Assembly: GCA_964594685.1 (NCBI GenBank) | Contig: CAZQNH010000002.1 | Coordinates: 2,816 to 66,815, forward strand | Source: an uncultured Halobacteriales archaeon | GTDB taxonomy: Archaea; Halobacteriota; Halobacteria; Halobacteriales; Halobacteriaceae | Length of the DNA stretch: 64,000 nucleotides | Direction: 5' to 3' | Shown: positions 48,550-59,299 of the stretch, in pieces | How positions within the stretch are numbered: position 1 is the stretch's first letter | Layout of the letters: every line of letters starts with the position of its first letter | Translations under genes and position numbers: made by a program | The notes under the pieces: generated by a model | What the model saw: the letters and a program-made list of their open reading frames with translations, nothing else | What the model was told of the DNA's origin: nothing | Database searches by the model: none

Positions 48550-49818
48550 GTGCGCCGACCGTCCCTGGACTCCGTCCGCGGGTTCGACCGGGCCGTGTAC
48601 GTGGTCGCCGTCGGTCAACTTATCAACGTCTTCGGCGGCGGCCTGGTCTATCCCTTCGCGACCATCCACTTCCACCTCCGGCTGGGCATCGCCCTCTCCG
48701 TCGTGGGCGCTGGATTCCTGGCGAAGAACGTCACGACGGCGGTCGCTACCTCGATCGGTGGGTATGTGGCCGACCGTCGCGGTCGGAAGCCAGTCATGGT
48801 GGGCAGCATGGCCGGGAACGCGGTCACGCTCGCCGCGTTCGCGTTCGTCCCGGGGATCGCGGCCGCGATCGGCCCGCTGTCCCCCGGCGGTGCCTTCATC
48901 CTTGTTGCGGCGGCGTCGGGTGCCACTGCCGGTCTCTACACGCCGGCCGCACAGGCCTACACGGCAGACGTGACCGCCGGGGAGGCGCGAGACCAGGCCT
49001 ACTCCCTGCTCAAGGTGGCGAACAACGTGGGCTTCGGCACCGGATTCGTGGTCGGGGGACTGCTCTATCAGGTGGCCAACGTCGCCATCTTCCTCGCGGA
49101 CGGCGGGACCTCCGCGGTGGTGGCCATCGTATTACTCCTGACCGTCCCGCGGCTCTTCGATGGGGAGTCGACCGGTCGCACGAGCGAGGCCCTGTCCACC
49201 TGGCGGCGGGCCATCACGGATCGGCGGGTGATCCACCTGGCTCTGCTGAACATCGGCTTCGCGATCATGTACGCCCAGATGCGGACCACCATCCCGATCG
49301 TGGCCGAGGAGCGGGTGGGCCTGGACAGCGCCCAACTGGGTACTCTCTTCGTGCTCAATCCACTCACCCTGGTCCTGCTCCAGATCCCGTTGGTCGACGC
49401 CATCGCCTCGTGGCGCCGGACCCGCGGACTCGTCCTCTCGGCCGGGTTCTGGGCGGTATCGATGGTCTCTGTCTGGCTGGCCTATCGCGCCGATCCGGCC
49501 TTCCTCCTCGGCGTGGCCCTCGTTGGGAGTCACCTGGTGTTGCGGACCATCGGCGAGGTGCTGCACTCCCCGATCGCCACGTCGCTGATGAGTGCTCTCG
49601 GAACCGCCGAGGAGCGGGGGTCCCAGCTCTCCGTCCTCGAGATCGCCAAGCGGTTGGGCTTCGGCCTCGGCTCCTTCGTCGGCGGTCTCTTCTTCGATTA
49701 CGGCCTTCAGGAGATCTTCTGGCCCCTTCTCGCGGTTTTCGCGGCGGTCCTCGTCGTGGGCATCCTCGGACTCGAGCGCCATGTGACCGCGACGGAGAAC
49801 GGGGTTCTCGCACAATAG
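48550..49818 (+). CDS. MFS transporter
   Basis: Motif A GGYVADRRGRKPVM, ~12 TM; start uncertain (GTG 48550 or TTG 48496). Confidence 0.9.
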   Translation: MRRPSLDSVRGFDRAVYVVAVGQLINVFGGGLVYPFATIHFHLRLGIALSVVGAGFLAKNVTTAVATSIGGYVADRRGRKPVMVGSMAGNAVTLAAFAFVPGIAAAIGPLSPGGAFILVAAASGATAGLYTPAAQAYTADVTAGEARDQAYSLLKVANNVGFGTGFVVGGLLYQVANVAIFLADGGTSAVVAIVLLLTVPRLFDGESTGRTSEALSTWRRAITDRRVIHLALLNIGFAIMYAQMRTTIPIVAEERVGLDSAQLGTLFVLNPLTLVLLQIPLVDAIASWRRTRGLVLSAGFWAVSMVSVWLAYRADPAFLLGVALVGSHLVLRTIGEVLHSPIATSLMSALGTAEERGSQLSVLEIAKRLGFGLGSFVGGLFFDYGLQEIFWPLLAVFAAVLVVGILGLERHVTATENGVLAQ

Positions 49819-50139
49819 ATACTGGGGACAAACAGATCGGATGACCCGGATGGACCGTCGAAACGGGCCGACCGGTCGGACGGCGTGACGACGCGAGGAC
49901 CGCAGGACGTGGGCGGTGACCGCGAGAGGTGATCACGGGGATTGTCGCCGGATGTGCGAGCGGCGAAGCCGCGAGCCGAACTGACCCTTGCGTCCCGGCC
50001 GGTCGAGCGGGAGGGAGTTCGGCATGGGATTATTGGAAAGATCACTTGCCCGCCCCGATCTGCGAGGGGGAGGCCCAATCCCAGAAACGGAGCGGTCTCA
50101 CCCGGTCGCTTTTATGCCGTACGTCCCGATTGCTGGGAT

Positions 50140-50787
50140 ATGAGCGAGGACTTCGACAAGGAGGCCGAACGCGAGCGCCTCCGGGAGAAGTACGAGGCCG
50201 ACCGGGAGGACCGGGAGGCCACCGAGCGGATGAGCGAGTTACTCCTCCAGGGTGCCACGATGACGAACCAGCACTGTGACACCTGTGGCTCCCCCATCTT
50301 CCGGTACCAGGACCAGGCGTTCTGCCCGACGTGTCAGCAGGAACGGGGCGAGGCACAGGCCGACTCGGGGGAGTCGGCTCGAACTGGTGGGAAGGGATCC
50401 CCAACCGGCGGACAGGAATCTTCGGCCGGTGTACAGAACCAAGCCGGTCGGGGAGACGCGGCGACCGGTACGGAAGCCGAAGGCGGGGCCCCGGGCAGTG
50501 TGGCCAGTCCGGGAACCACGGAGGCGAGTCAAACTGCCGGAACTGCAGCGGGTGGACCCGATCACGCCCGGGCTCCGACAGGCCAGACGCCCGAGGGGGC
50601 GGTGGGGGGAGCCGGACAGTCCGCTCCGGCGGGCTCACTGGACGAGGCCAGACAGTCCCTGGTGCAGACCATCACGTCGCTGACACGCCGGGCGGCGGCC
50701 ACCAAGGACCCACGACAGGCCAAAGAGTTGCTCGCGGCGGCCCGGGAGGCGGCCGAGACACTGGCGACGCTTCAGGGGTCCCGATAG
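50140..50787 (+). CDS. Sjogren syndrome/scleroderma autoantigen 1-like Zn-ribbon protein
   Basis: MSELLLQGATMTNQHCDTCGSPIFRYQDQAFCPTC followed by a low-complexity linker. Confidence 0.88.
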   Translation: MSEDFDKEAERERLREKYEADREDREATERMSELLLQGATMTNQHCDTCGSPIFRYQDQAFCPTCQQERGEAQADSGESARTGGKGSPTGGQESSAGVQNQAGRGDAATGTEAEGGAPGSVASPGTTEASQTAGTAAGGPDHARAPTGQTPEGAVGGAGQSAPAGSLDEARQSLVQTITSLTRRAAATKDPRQAKELLAAAREAAETLATLQGSR

Positions 50788-50788
50788 G

Positions 50789-51190
50789 ATGACGCCCTCG
50801 AGCGTGCTGGTGCCGATCGACGGGACCGACCCGAGTTTCCGGGCGCTCGAGTTCGCGACCGGCTTTGCCGACCGGTACGACGCCGACCTCGACGTCGTCC
50901 ACATCACCGACGAGGAGACTGACGCCACCGCGGACATCCTGGATAGAGCCGAACGGGTCCTCGAGGCCGCGGGGATCGAGGCGAGGCCCGAAGTCTCCCC
51001 CGACCTCGAACTGGATTTCCGGCCCGCGGACCGCGTCGGGGAGGACATCATCGAACTGGTCGAAAAGCGGGGCTACGACCACGTGGTGATGGGTCACCAG
51101 GCAACGGGGACCGTCGAACGCGCGATAATCGGGAGTGCAGCGGAGACGGTGCTGCTGGCCGAGCGCGTGCCGGTCACAGTCATCCCATAG
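50789..51190 (+). CDS. Universal stress protein
   Basis: VLVPIDGT...DHVVMGH...IIGSAAETV. Confidence 0.92.
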   Translation: MTPSSVLVPIDGTDPSFRALEFATGFADRYDADLDVVHITDEETDATADILDRAERVLEAAGIEARPEVSPDLELDFRPADRVGEDIIELVEKRGYDHVVMGHQATGTVERAIIGSAAETVLLAERVPVTVIP

Positions 51191-51260
51191 GGAGTTCGCG
51201 GATCCGCTTCGCACAGGAGTCAGTTGATTCGAGTGCCAAGTGAGCGGCGCGTCTCCGCGT

Positions 51261-53834
51261 TCACGCCGGGTCGTACTCGGTGCCCACGACCTCCCGGATC
51301 CGGTCGGCGGTCACCTCGCCCACGCCCTCGACCCCGAGGAGGGTCTCCTTGTCGGCTGTCAGGACGGCTTCGACGTTCCCCAGCGCCGCCAGGAGCCGGC
51401 GGGCCGTCACCGGGCCGATATCCGCGATCGAGGCCACGACGTACTCCTGCTGTTCGGCGAGGGTCTTCTGGGTCTTCTCGCCGTGGAGGCTGACCGCCCG
51501 GTCCGTGGCCGTTTGCTCCCGGTCGGCGATCGTGGCGAGCAGGTCGGCGGTGTCATCGGCGTCGCGGGTCCAGAGCATCGACACGCCGAAGTCCACCGCC
51601 AGGCTCGCGAGTGCACCGCGGATCGCGTTCGGGTGGACGTTTCGCTCGGCGTAGATGTCCGCCTCGCCCTCCAGGAGCACGACCGGCCGGCCGTAGTGGG
51701 TGCTGAGGTCACCGACCTGGTCGAACAGCGACCGGTCGCCGTCGAGCAGCGTCGAGAGGAAGTCCCCGATGGTCTTGCGCTCCACCGCGACCCGGTCGCT
51801 GAGGACATAGTCCCCCACTGCTACTGTCTCGAGTCGCGTCTCGATACCCGCCCGTTTCGAGAGATCGCGGGCGATGGGCGAGTCCAGTTCCCGCTGGTCG
51901 ATCACGATCTCGACCGCCTCGCCATCACCTCCCGCTTCGGCGAGGACGCCCGCTTCGTGCCCGTCATCCGTCTCGGGTTCCGCGTCGCTGGGGGCAGCGT
52001 CAGGTGCCTTCCCCCGGTCGAAGTCCGTCAACCCGGCCTGTCCCTGGGTGCCGGCACTGGCCCGGATCTGCTCGCTCGAGCCGTCTTGGCTCCCATCGTC
52101 GGCGGTCGTGACAGCTGCCTGGGAATCGGATTCCGGTCCGGCGCCCTGGCCGGACGAGTCGTGGTCAGTATCCGTGTTTTCCGAATCGGGATCTTCGTCG
52201 TCTTCGGCCGTTTCAGTCGGCCCCCCTGACCCGTCCCCGGCCGTCGCGAAGTCCGAGACGTCGGCCTGTGCACCCGCCACCTCGGACTCGAGTTCGTCCG
52301 CGACGTCCCGCAGGGTCTCGAGTTCGTCGGCCATCTCCTGTTCGCGCCGACGGGAGATCCAGAAGTAGGCCTCGTCGCGGGTGTCCTCGGCCATGAGGAC
52401 CACGACCCGACCCTCGGTCTGGCGCCCTGTGCGACCCTTCCGCTGGACCGATCTGATCGCCGTCGGCACGGGCTCGAAGAAGAGCACCAGGTCGACCTCC
52501 GGGACGTCTAGTCCCTCCTCGGCGACGGAGGTCGAGACCAGCACCTCGAACTCGCCAGCGCGGAAGTCCTCGAGGACCGCCTTCTGCTCGCGCTGGGTCA
52601 TCCCGTCGGAGCCCTCCTTATCGCCCTGGCCGACAAACCGGCGTACGTCGAAGTGCCCGGCGAGGAACTCGGAGAGTGCCTCCGCGGTGTCCCGGGACTC
52701 GGTGAAGACGATGACTCGCTCCCCGCCCTGGATGCCAAGGGTCTCCGCGAGGAGCATCCGGGTCCGGCGGAATTTAGGGTGCAGGTCGTCGAAGGCCCGG
52801 GTCTTCTCCATGGCCCGTTTCACCCGGGGATCCGAGACCAACCGCATACTGGCCTTCGACGCGCCCGAGGACCGGGCAGCGTTCTCCTGGCGCTCGAAGT
52901 AGCGTTCGAGGGCGTCGACGCTCTGGGTCTCGACCAGTTCGACTGCCCGGCGGAGCTTCATCACCTCGGCGTGGACGGACATCCCCTCGTAACCGGCGGA
53001 GTCACCGTCGTCGATGAGCCGCTGGAGTTTGGCCCGGATGCCGTTCAGGTCCTTCTGGGAGAGGTCCGGATCGGTCCTCGAGGCCACCCCCAGCTCTCCG
53101 AGAGTCTCGAGCCGGTCGGTGACCACCTCCTTCAGGAGGTCCCGGATCTCGATCACCGGCTCGGGGAGTTCCACCGAGATCCACTCCACGTCGGTATCGT
53201 AGGTGTACTCGGCCACGTCGGGATCCGATTCGGTCTTTACCGCGACGTTACTCAACCCGAGGTTCTCCATCACTGTCAGGATGGACGCTTCGTCGTCACC
53301 TGGCGAGGCGCTCATCCCGGTCACCAGGGGGTCGACCGCGTCGGCGTGATATCGCTCCGCGATGTAGGTATAGGGATAGTCGCCGGTCGCCCGGTGACAT
53401 TCGTCGAACGTGCAGTGGACCACGTCCGAAAGCGAGATGCGATTGCCGACCAGGTCGTTCTCCACGACCTGGGGCGTGGCGACGACCACCCGCGCTGACG
53501 TCCAGAGTTCGGCGCGGTCGTCGGGTCTGGTCTCGCCGGTGAACACGACGATCTCGTCATCGTCGATCGTGAGGGCCGCCCGGTAGAAGTCGGCATGTTG
53601 CTCGACGAGCGGCTTGGTGGGCGCGAGCATGAGGGATTTCGCTCCCACGTCCTCGTGGAGCCGGGCTACCGTCACCCGGAGGCTGACCGTGGTCTTCCCG
53701 AGCCCGGTCGGCAGCGAGACGAGGGTGTGATCCGACAGTGCCTCCTCGACCAGGGCTGTCTGATAGGGGCGAGCCTCGATGACCCCGGGTTCGAACAGTG
53801 GGTGGTCGACGTACTCCGGCGTGCCCTCGGCCAT
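51261..53834 (-). CDS. hef: Hef helicase-nuclease (FANCM-like DEAH helicase plus ERCC4/XPF nuclease)
   Basis: PTGLGKT, DECHRATG, SVAEEGLD, QRKGRTGR, ERKTIGDF nuclease motif, C-terminal HhH. Confidence 0.96.
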   Translation of the reverse strand: MAEGTPEYVDHPLFEPGVIEARPYQTALVEEALSDHTLVSLPTGLGKTTVSLRVTVARLHEDVGAKSLMLAPTKPLVEQHADFYRAALTIDDDEIVVFTGETRPDDRAELWTSARVVVATPQVVENDLVGNRISLSDVVHCTFDECHRATGDYPYTYIAERYHADAVDPLVTGMSASPGDDEASILTVMENLGLSNVAVKTESDPDVAEYTYDTDVEWISVELPEPVIEIRDLLKEVVTDRLETLGELGVASRTDPDLSQKDLNGIRAKLQRLIDDGDSAGYEGMSVHAEVMKLRRAVELVETQSVDALERYFERQENAARSSGASKASMRLVSDPRVKRAMEKTRAFDDLHPKFRRTRMLLAETLGIQGGERVIVFTESRDTAEALSEFLAGHFDVRRFVGQGDKEGSDGMTQREQKAVLEDFRAGEFEVLVSTSVAEEGLDVPEVDLVLFFEPVPTAIRSVQRKGRTGRQTEGRVVVLMAEDTRDEAYFWISRRREQEMADELETLRDVADELESEVAGAQADVSDFATAGDGSGGPTETAEDDEDPDSENTDTDHDSSGQGAGPESDSQAAVTTADDGSQDGSSEQIRASAGTQGQAGLTDFDRGKAPDAAPSDAEPETDDGHEAGVLAEAGGDGEAVEIVIDQRELDSPIARDLSKRAGIETRLETVAVGDYVLSDRVAVERKTIGDFLSTLLDGDRSLFDQVGDLSTHYGRPVVLLEGEADIYAERNVHPNAIRGALASLAVDFGVSMLWTRDADDTADLLATIADREQTATDRAVSLHGEKTQKTLAEQQEYVVASIADIGPVTARRLLAALGNVEAVLTADKETLLGVEGVGEVTADRIREVVGTEYDPA

Positions 53835-53907
53835 TCGGTACGAGATTGGTCGGTCTCGCGTTTAAGGATTCGCGTGGCTCGGTGAAACTGGTCCAGGCTT
53901 CTCCACC

Positions 53908-55128
53908 TCAGGACGGACGGAGACCCCCGGTCGTCGGACTCAGTGTGCCGGTCTCCCGGTAGACGCCGACCACCATCACCACCCCGGCTAGCAGTGGCAG
54001 GACCGCACAGGCCACGTAGACGGCGACGAACCCGATCTGATCGATCACCGGGAGGGTCACCATCGGGCCGAGGGCACCCCCCAGATCCCCGAGTACGTTG
54101 TTCGTCCCGACGGCTCGGCCCATCCGGTCGTTCGGCGTGAGGTCGGCGAGGAGCGCCATCAGCGGGCCGCTCGTGCCCCCGAATCCCGAGCCGATCATCA
54201 CGCAGGCCGCGGCGAGCGCCACGAGGGATTCCACCGAGGCAAGAAGCAGATAGCCACCGAAGGAGACGACGATGAAGGCGAGGAGGACCGGAATCCGACG
54301 TCCCTTCCGGTCGCTGTAGACGCCCGAGGTGAGCATGAACACCGACGCCGAGAGGACCGTGATCGCCATGAATGCGCCCGAACTGCCCTGGGGGCCGTAT
54401 CCCAGGACGAGCGTGTCGCGGGCCTCCACGAACAACACGAGGGTGGAAAAGAGGGCGCCGATGTACGCAAAGAGCAGCCCGAAATTGACCAATCCGACCG
54501 TTAGGGAGGGGATGGTGGTATCGAGTTCCCACGGTTTGATCGCGGTGCGGTGTGCCGAGACGTGTGTTTCCGGGATCAGCCAGTACGCGAGCACGCTGGC
54601 CAGGACGGCGAATCCGGCCGCGACTACGAAGGCGGCAGTGACGCTGTAGACGTCACTCACCACCCCGCCCAAGACGAGCCCGGCGGGGAATCCCAGGGTG
54701 ATCCCGCCCCGAACCACCCCCATGTTCGCCCCTCTGGAATGGGCTTTGCTGACGTCGGCGGCGATGGTGTACGCGGTCGCGAAGACCGCCGCACTGCCGA
54801 GCCCCCAGAGGAGGCGTGCGACGATGAACCACGCCGCTGGCGCCGGGGCCCGCAGTGCGATCACGTAGCCGAAGACGGCGACGGCCTCGACGGCGAGCCC
54901 AGCCACGAACGGGGCCCGGGTGCCGATCCGGTCTACGAGCGAGCCCGCGGGGCCGTTGGCCAGGATCCGGGCCACCCGGTTCGCGCTCAAGATGGCCCCC
55001 ACCACGAACGGCGAGATTCCCAGGATATCACCCAGGTTCGGGAGGATCGGGAACACCACGCCGCCTCCGAATCCGACGAAGAACGTGCTTCCGATCACCG
55101 TCAGCACGATGCGGCGATCCGCGCTCAT
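53908..55128 (-). CDS. MFS transporter
   Basis: GSLVDRIGTR and GVYSDRKGRR motif-A repeats, ~12 TM. Confidence 0.9.
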   Translation of the reverse strand: MSADRRIVLTVIGSTFFVGFGGGVVFPILPNLGDILGISPFVVGAILSANRVARILANGPAGSLVDRIGTRAPFVAGLAVEAVAVFGYVIALRAPAPAAWFIVARLLWGLGSAAVFATAYTIAADVSKAHSRGANMGVVRGGITLGFPAGLVLGGVVSDVYSVTAAFVVAAGFAVLASVLAYWLIPETHVSAHRTAIKPWELDTTIPSLTVGLVNFGLLFAYIGALFSTLVLFVEARDTLVLGYGPQGSSGAFMAITVLSASVFMLTSGVYSDRKGRRIPVLLAFIVVSFGGYLLLASVESLVALAAACVMIGSGFGGTSGPLMALLADLTPNDRMGRAVGTNNVLGDLGGALGPMVTLPVIDQIGFVAVYVACAVLPLLAGVVMVVGVYRETGTLSPTTGGLRPS

Positions 55129-55245
55129 GGGGGCCTGTAGCCGCGTTCAGGTTGGGTATTCACTGTCCGGACTCCGTGTTACTGGTTCCCGCACTGGTCG
55201 GTTATCCCTGTCGTTTCTCGTTCGGTCCACACGATGCCACCACGT

Positions 55246-55806
55246 TCAGACCAGGACCAATCCCACCTGCATCGCGACCCCCGCGGCGATCGGGATGGTG
55301 AGGTTGTCGTCGATGACCCGGCCGGCGATCGTCGGTTTCAGCCCGTCGGCCGCCGTGGCCGCCCCGGCGGCGGCTACCGCCGGCCACAGGGGAACCAGTA
55401 GGACCGACGCGATGGCCATACACACACCGAACATGGCGAGGAGGACGAACCCCTGTTTCACCCCGAGATCATCCCGGGAGAGGACACCACTCACCGGGTC
55501 GGCGATGGTGAGCATGAGCATCGCCGGGACCGCCACGAAGGGCTCGAAGGCGACGGCCGTGATCGTGCCCCCGAAGATGGCGAGTGCGTAGCCCGCGATA
55601 TTGTCGTCCTCGTAGTCCCTGGTCAGGCGATTGTACGCCCAGAAATCGATCCCGCGGGTGAGTCTGATCGTCTCGAGGGTCACGGCGATAACCGACGCGA
55701 GCGCCAGGACGTACTGCACGTGGACCCAGGTTGCCACGTCGAGCAGGTAGAGCCCAGGCAGGAGGGATCCCGAGATGTGGACCGCCCGCCGGCCGAGTTC
55801 GCTCAC
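55246..55806 (-). CDS. Dolichol/phytol kinase-like (CTP-dependent) membrane protein
   Basis: ELGRRAVHISG, ADPVSG, DDNLTIP; GTG start overlaps the glyS stop. Confidence 0.85.
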   Translation of the reverse strand: MSELGRRAVHISGSLLPGLYLLDVATWVHVQYVLALASVIAVTLETIRLTRGIDFWAYNRLTRDYEDDNIAGYALAIFGGTITAVAFEPFVAVPAMLMLTIADPVSGVLSRDDLGVKQGFVLLAMFGVCMAIASVLLVPLWPAVAAAGAATAADGLKPTIAGRVIDDNLTIPIAAGVAMQVGLVLV

Positions 55807-57545
55807 AGGTCCTCGAAGGACCGCGTGCCGTCCCGGAGTCCCGACAATGTGGGTGCAAGCTCGGCGGTCTCGAGCCGGATCTGGGCCGTCGAATCGCGCT
55901 CCCGTAGCGTCACCGTGTCGTCCTCGAGCGTGTCGTAATCCACGGTGACACAGAACGGTGTGCCGATCTCGTCCTGGCGACGGTACCGCCTCCCGATGGC
56001 CCCCGAATCGTCGTAGGCTACCGAGAACCCCGCCTGCCGGAGGTCCTGGGCCACCTCGCGAGCCCGCTCGCCGAGCCCGTCCGTGTGCATCAGCGGGAAG
56101 ACGCCCACGAACGTCGGCGCGACCTCGGCTGGGAGCCGGAGGACGGTCCGTTCCTCCTCGTCCACCACGTCCTCGTGATACGCGTGGACCAAGATCGTGT
56201 AGACCGTCCGGTCGATACCGAAGGAGGGCTCGATGACGTGGGGGGTGATATGCCGACCCGACTCCGTGATCTCCTCGACGGCGAAGCCGGTTTGCTCCAC
56301 TGGAACCGTGTAGGATTCGTCGTCGACGGTGACGGTCACGGAGTCGCCCTCGAAGGCGGCGCGGTCTCGTTCGGCGAGGTCGGCCAGGGTGTCGGCGATC
56401 GCCCCCGCGGCCGACCCGAACTCCGGCCCGAGTTCCGACATATCGGGGTCGACCGTCGCCCGCTCGACGGTCTTGGGTTCCTCGTACTCCTTGAAGACCG
56501 TGAAGGACTCGCCGGAGTGGGCCTCGTGATTCGACAGGTCATAGGTGCCCCGGTTGGCAAAGCCCGCGAGTTCGATCCACTCGGGGTCCGCGCCGGGGGC
56601 GCTGACGTCGCTTTCGGCGTCCCAGCACTCCTTGGCGTAGTGGGCGAGTTCGCCCGCCTGGTGCTGTCGGAACCGGAAACGGTCCATATCGACCCCAACG
56701 CTCTCGTACCACTCGGTCGCGATGCCCAGGTAATAGGCGATCCAGTCGTCGGCAACGATACCCTCGTCGACGGCCTCGCCGATTGTCATCACGACCGGTT
56801 CGCCGTCGGGGTCGGCCTGGGCGCGCGCACTATATACTGGGGCATCGACATCGCGGACTGCGGACAGATCAGGCTCGTTTTCCTCGGGGTCGAAGAAGAG
56901 TTCGAGTTCGGCCTGGCTGAACTCTCGGGTCCGGACCACGGCGTTCCGCGGGCTGATCTCGTTGCGGTAGGCCCGCCCGATCTGGGTGACGCCGAAGGGC
57001 AACTCGCCCCGTGCGTACTCCTTGAGCCGCGGGAAGTCGACGAAGATGCCCTGGGCGGTCTCCGGTCGGAGGTACCCCGGATTCGCCGATCCGGGACCGA
57101 TGTTCGTCTCGAACATCAGGTTGAAGTCCTCGACTGGCTCGCCGGCCAACGCGGTGCCGCAGTTCGGACACCGGATGTCGTGCTCCCGGATGAGGCCCTC
57201 GATCTCATCGATCGGGAGGCTCTCGGGTTCCTCGAGGTCGGTCTCGTCCTCGATGAGATGGTCGGCGCGGTGGCTCTCGGCGCACTCGGGACACGCCACA
57301 AGCATGTCGTCGAAGCCCTCGAGGTGGCCGGAGGCCTCGAAGACGGCTTCGGGCATCACGGTGGGTGCGTCTATCTCGGTGTGACCCTCCATCACCGACC
57401 AGCGATCTCGCCAGGCCTCCTCCACGTTCGCCTTGAGCGTCGCACCGTGGGGGCCGTAGGTGTAGAAGCCGGCGACGCCGCCGTAGGCCTCGCCAGTCTG
57501 GAAGAAGTACCCCCGGCGCTTGGCAAGTTCGATCAGGAGTTTCAT
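55803..57545 (-). CDS. glyS: Glycine--tRNA ligase (archaeal/eukaryotic type)
   Basis: LAKRRGYF, YLRPETAQG, AYRNEISPR, VIEPSFGIDR, IGRRYRRQDEIGTPFCVTVD. Confidence 0.97.
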   Translation of the reverse strand: MKLLIELAKRRGYFFQTGEAYGGVAGFYTYGPHGATLKANVEEAWRDRWSVMEGHTEIDAPTVMPEAVFEASGHLEGFDDMLVACPECAESHRADHLIEDETDLEEPESLPIDEIEGLIREHDIRCPNCGTALAGEPVEDFNLMFETNIGPGSANPGYLRPETAQGIFVDFPRLKEYARGELPFGVTQIGRAYRNEISPRNAVVRTREFSQAELELFFDPEENEPDLSAVRDVDAPVYSARAQADPDGEPVVMTIGEAVDEGIVADDWIAYYLGIATEWYESVGVDMDRFRFRQHQAGELAHYAKECWDAESDVSAPGADPEWIELAGFANRGTYDLSNHEAHSGESFTVFKEYEEPKTVERATVDPDMSELGPEFGSAAGAIADTLADLAERDRAAFEGDSVTVTVDDESYTVPVEQTGFAVEEITESGRHITPHVIEPSFGIDRTVYTILVHAYHEDVVDEEERTVLRLPAEVAPTFVGVFPLMHTDGLGERAREVAQDLRQAGFSVAYDDSGAIGRRYRRQDEIGTPFCVTVDYDTLEDDTVTLRERDSTAQIRLETAELAPTLSGLRDGTRSFEDL

Positions 57546-58390
57546 AGCCCCGCGAGGAGGTCGACGTCCCGGACGATGCCGGACAGCTCGTCGCCGCGCA
57601 AGAGCGGGATCTGCTCGATGTCGTGGTTCAGGAGCATCTGGGCGACCTCCTGGGCGGTGCGTGACCCCGAGACGGTCACCATGTCCGCGGTCATGTACTT
57701 CCGCACCGGCTCCTTGGGAATCTCGACGTTTCGGGTGGGGAGATACCGGTTCCCGACGGCCTTGATCCCTTCCCACATCCACTCGTCGTCTTGGTTCGCG
57801 ATGCTATCTCCGGTTGCGTCCTCACCTTCGACGACCTCGGCCACATCGATGATGTCGACCTCGGTGATGATGCCCGCGGTTTCAGCCTCCTCGTCGAGCA
57901 CGACGGCGTACGGCACCTTCGCGTAGGCGATCTCCCGTTCGGCGACCGGGAGCGGCGTCTCGATATAGGTGGTATTGACGTCGGATCGTGCCAGGTCACC
58001 GGCCGGAACCTCCCCGTTTACGTCCCCGTCGGCGATGGGTCGGATGACGTCGGTGACGGTGATCATCCCCTCGATGGTCCCGCCGTTGACCACCGGGATA
58101 CGCCGCTCGTCGATGTCGGCCATGAGACGGGCCACCTCCACGATACTCGCATCATGGCTCGTCGTTGGTACCTCATCCATCAATAGCGCCAGTTGGTCCT
58201 CGTCCGGATTGGCGATAAGATCCTCCCTGGAGACCAGGCCCCGGTAGCGTTCGCCCTCGGCTTCCTCCTTGACCACCGGCACCGAGGAGAACTCCCGCTC
58301 CTGGAGATATTCGAGCACATCGTCTCGCGTCCCTGGGAGCGAAACCTTGATCACGTCCTCCCCGGGAGTCATCGCGTCGGCGACCTTCAT
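57542..58390 (-). CDS. CBS-domain protein (four CBS motifs)
   Basis: FSSVPVV, RRIPVV, GIITEVD, IEQIPLL; ATGA overlap with glyS. Confidence 0.92.
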   Translation of the reverse strand: MKVADAMTPGEDVIKVSLPGTRDDVLEYLQEREFSSVPVVKEEAEGERYRGLVSREDLIANPDEDQLALLMDEVPTTSHDASIVEVARLMADIDERRIPVVNGGTIEGMITVTDVIRPIADGDVNGEVPAGDLARSDVNTTYIETPLPVAEREIAYAKVPYAVVLDEEAETAGIITEVDIIDVAEVVEGEDATGDSIANQDDEWMWEGIKAVGNRYLPTRNVEIPKEPVRKYMTADMVTVSGSRTAQEVAQMLLNHDIEQIPLLRGDELSGIVRDVDLLAGL

Positions 58391-58603
58391 GGACCGGTTT
58401 ACTATGCCCTCGCATTTGTAGGCTACGACACCGCGCGAGGAATTCACACGGACGCATGATCTGCACCAGTCCGCTCTCAGCCCATGAAACCATGACCGGG
58501 AGTAGGCCGTCAGGAGCGCCTTCCCGCCGACGCCAACACCGTTCGGACCGTGTCGGGGATCTCACGGGTGCAAAGCTGGCACCTGGGCCATGAAACCGGG
58601 AAT

Positions 58604-58645
58604 GGGCAACATCTTCCGAGATGTCGCTTCGTTGCCCTTATATAT
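58604..58645. promoter_or_regulatory. Nested inverted repeats abutting a TATA box upstream of the small-ORF/DUF296/polD2 run
   Basis: GGGCAAC...GTTGCCC enclosing ACATCT-tccg-AGATGT, then TTATATAT at 58638-58645; ATG at 58671. Confidence 0.45.
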
Positions 58646-58670
58646 CGGATGCGACCTTCTATCATACGTC

Positions 58671-58841
58671 ATGGCGACGGATGCCACGTCCGCGGCCGAT
58701 GCGGGCCCGACCCCCGAGGTCATGGCCTCGGTGGAAACGGCCGGTGCCGAGCCCCGTCTCGTCATCGCCGACATCTCCAGGGACGACGCCTGGGTATCGG
58801 CAGCGACGACGGCGACACGGGGCCTCGAGGCGTGGCGATAG
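58671..58841 (+). CDS. Small conserved haloarchaeal protein
   Basis: EVMASVE...LVIADISRDDAWVS...WR pattern, 56 aa. Confidence 0.75.
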   Translation: MATDATSAADAGPTPEVMASVETAGAEPRLVIADISRDDAWVSAATTATRGLEAWR

Positions 58842-58876
58842 GTCACCTTTTTTGTCCCCGCTACCGACCGGCCAGT

Positions 58877-59299
58877 ATGGACTACCAGGCGGTGACGCCG
58901 AGTCAAACACTCCTCGTCACCCTCGAGTACGGGGCGCCGCTGGCGGGGGAACTCGAGGCCGCCGCGGCCGAGGCGGACCTCGCCTCGGCCTGGGTCGCGG
59001 GGTCGGGAGCGGTCGAGGACGTCGAGATCGGATTCTATGACCAGGACGCGTTCGAACGCGAGAGCGTGACCTTCGATGAGCCGCTTCAGATGCCCGTCGT
59101 GGCAGGGACGATCGCCGAAACCGGGGACGGACCATCCGCCGCGGTCTCCGCCGTCTTCGCCCGCCCGTCCGGGCAGGCGATCTCGGGGACGGTGGAAGCA
59201 GCCACCGTCTTCGGCGGCGAGATGCTCGTGCAGGGGTTCGAGGAGCCGCTGTCCCGCCAGGTGGACGACGCGTCTGGCATGGAGTTGTTGACCCCGTAG
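58877..59299 (+). CDS. PPC/DUF296-domain protein
   Basis: AWVAGSGAVEDVEIGFYDQ...FDEPL; stop TAG directly abuts the polD2 ATG. Confidence 0.85.
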   Translation: MDYQAVTPSQTLLVTLEYGAPLAGELEAAAAEADLASAWVAGSGAVEDVEIGFYDQDAFERESVTFDEPLQMPVVAGTIAETGDGPSAAVSAVFARPSGQAISGTVEAATVFGGEMLVQGFEEPLSRQVDDASGMELLTP